Source of the DNA: an uncultured Spirochaetota bacterium
GTDB lineage: Bacteria; Spirochaetota; Brevinematia; Brevinematales; JAOACQ01
Length of the DNA stretch: 64,000 bases
Direction of reading: 5' to 3'
Assembly: GCA_963783575.1 (NCBI GenBank)
Contig: CAWAOD010000003.1
Location: 32,001 to 96,000 of the forward strand
Below the pieces are notes generated by a model, which saw only the letters and a program-made list of their open reading frames with translations, was not told the origin of the DNA and did not search any database. Shown piece by piece: positions 63,313 to 64,000 of the stretch (position 1 is the stretch's first letter; every line of letters starts with the position of its first letter). A program made the translations under genes and the position numbers.

Positions 63313-64000
63313 ATGAAATATAAGAAGTTATTTATTTTATCAGTTCTACTTGTATTCTCGGCTGCTGCCGTTTTATCGGCGATGGGAGGGAAACCCGTTG
63401 ATATTCCCATGAAGATATCAAAAGCCAAGGTTCTTGACGGGGAATACATCAGGATGGGTAATTATTTGGGCGGTGAAAAAACAGGGTATACCTATATTGT
63501 GACCCGGATTGACACAAATAAAAACAGGGCGGAAATTTACTGGCAGAATATTGATCTGATCAGGAAGCAAAACCTTCCTGATCATTATACCAATTATAAT
63601 ACCTGGCATTACATATTTGATTTTCAATCGGGAAGATTATTATATTCTTCGTATCAAACAGCATTTACCAATGATAAAGGGCTTACTCATTCCACATTCA
63701 GCCTGGATGAAGAAAAAAGTGAAGCCCAATCCGATTATGAGTACTGGGATGGATATGAAAAGAAAATAAGCCATTCGAAAATACCTGTCCAAAAAGGTTA
63801 TCCGATTGTTGATATGAATTCAATTGTTTATTTTCCACGTTTTCTTGATATCACCGGTTCCGGTTTGGTATATCTTTGCCAGCCGAATGTTCTTAAGCAG
63901 ACTATTCCATTTACTTTTACTTTTATTGGTAAAGAAACCGTTAAAACTCCAGCCGGAGAATTTAAAACAATAAAAGCATCTATTAATCTGGAAGACCCAT
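63313..64000 (+). CDS. Secreted DUF3108-like protein, paralogue C (runs off window; absent from the ORF track)
   Basis: Hand translation MKYKKLFILSVLLVFSAAAVLSAMGGKP..DGEYIRMGNYLGGE..EYWDGY..RFLDITGSG..GKETVKTPAGEF; tandem paralogue of 62470-63309. Confidence 0.75.
   Translation, partial: MKYKKLFILSVLLVFSAAAVLSAMGGKPVDIPMKISKAKVLDGEYIRMGNYLGGEKTGYTYIVTRIDTNKNRAEIYWQNIDLIRKQNLPDHYTNYNTWHYIFDFQSGRLLYSSYQTAFTNDKGLTHSTFSLDEEKSEAQSDYEYWDGYEKKISHSKIPVQKGYPIVDMNSIVYFPRFLDITGSGLVYLCQPNVLKQTIPFTFTFIGKETVKTPAGEFKTIKASINLEDP

Noticed and set aside
5344..63627. Numerous short antisense or overlapping ORFs in the track (e.g. 6671-7021, 22192-22716, 43675-44112, 54619-55179, 56484-56690)
   Set aside because: Shadows of well-supported genes or of palindromic repeats, lacking RBS and motifs

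Overview
AT-rich bacterial chromosomal segment. It is probably from a free-living spirochaete, inferred from the 'LFSC' lipoboxes, a 7TM-DISM/SpoIIE sensor and a PEGA-type protein. The window holds about 45 genes for signalling, transport and accessory metabolism, one intact IS1380-family element with a 5-bp target duplication, and REP-like palindromes. I recognised no rRNA, tRNA or CRISPR array. Roughly 14 single-base frameshifts in otherwise intact genes suggest uncorrected long-read indel errors, so split ORFs are merged here. The most unusual element is a soluble histidine kinase whose N-terminal input is a RbsA/MglA-type ABC nucleotide-binding domain (1345-3197). It is coupled to a sigma-54 activator and faces a sugar ABC importer preceded by a -24/-12 promoter, which suggests a transport-flux-sensing system. 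Other highlights: a family of three secreted DUF3108-like paralogues located behind LuxR regulators, a TonB-dependent receptor collapsed to ~425 bp, a PRMT-like methyltransferase, a MarR-ArsA/GET3-ABC exporter operon, an orphan class I HMG-CoA reductase, and a ~2074-aa Ig/beta-helix lipoprotein with an in-frame TAG.
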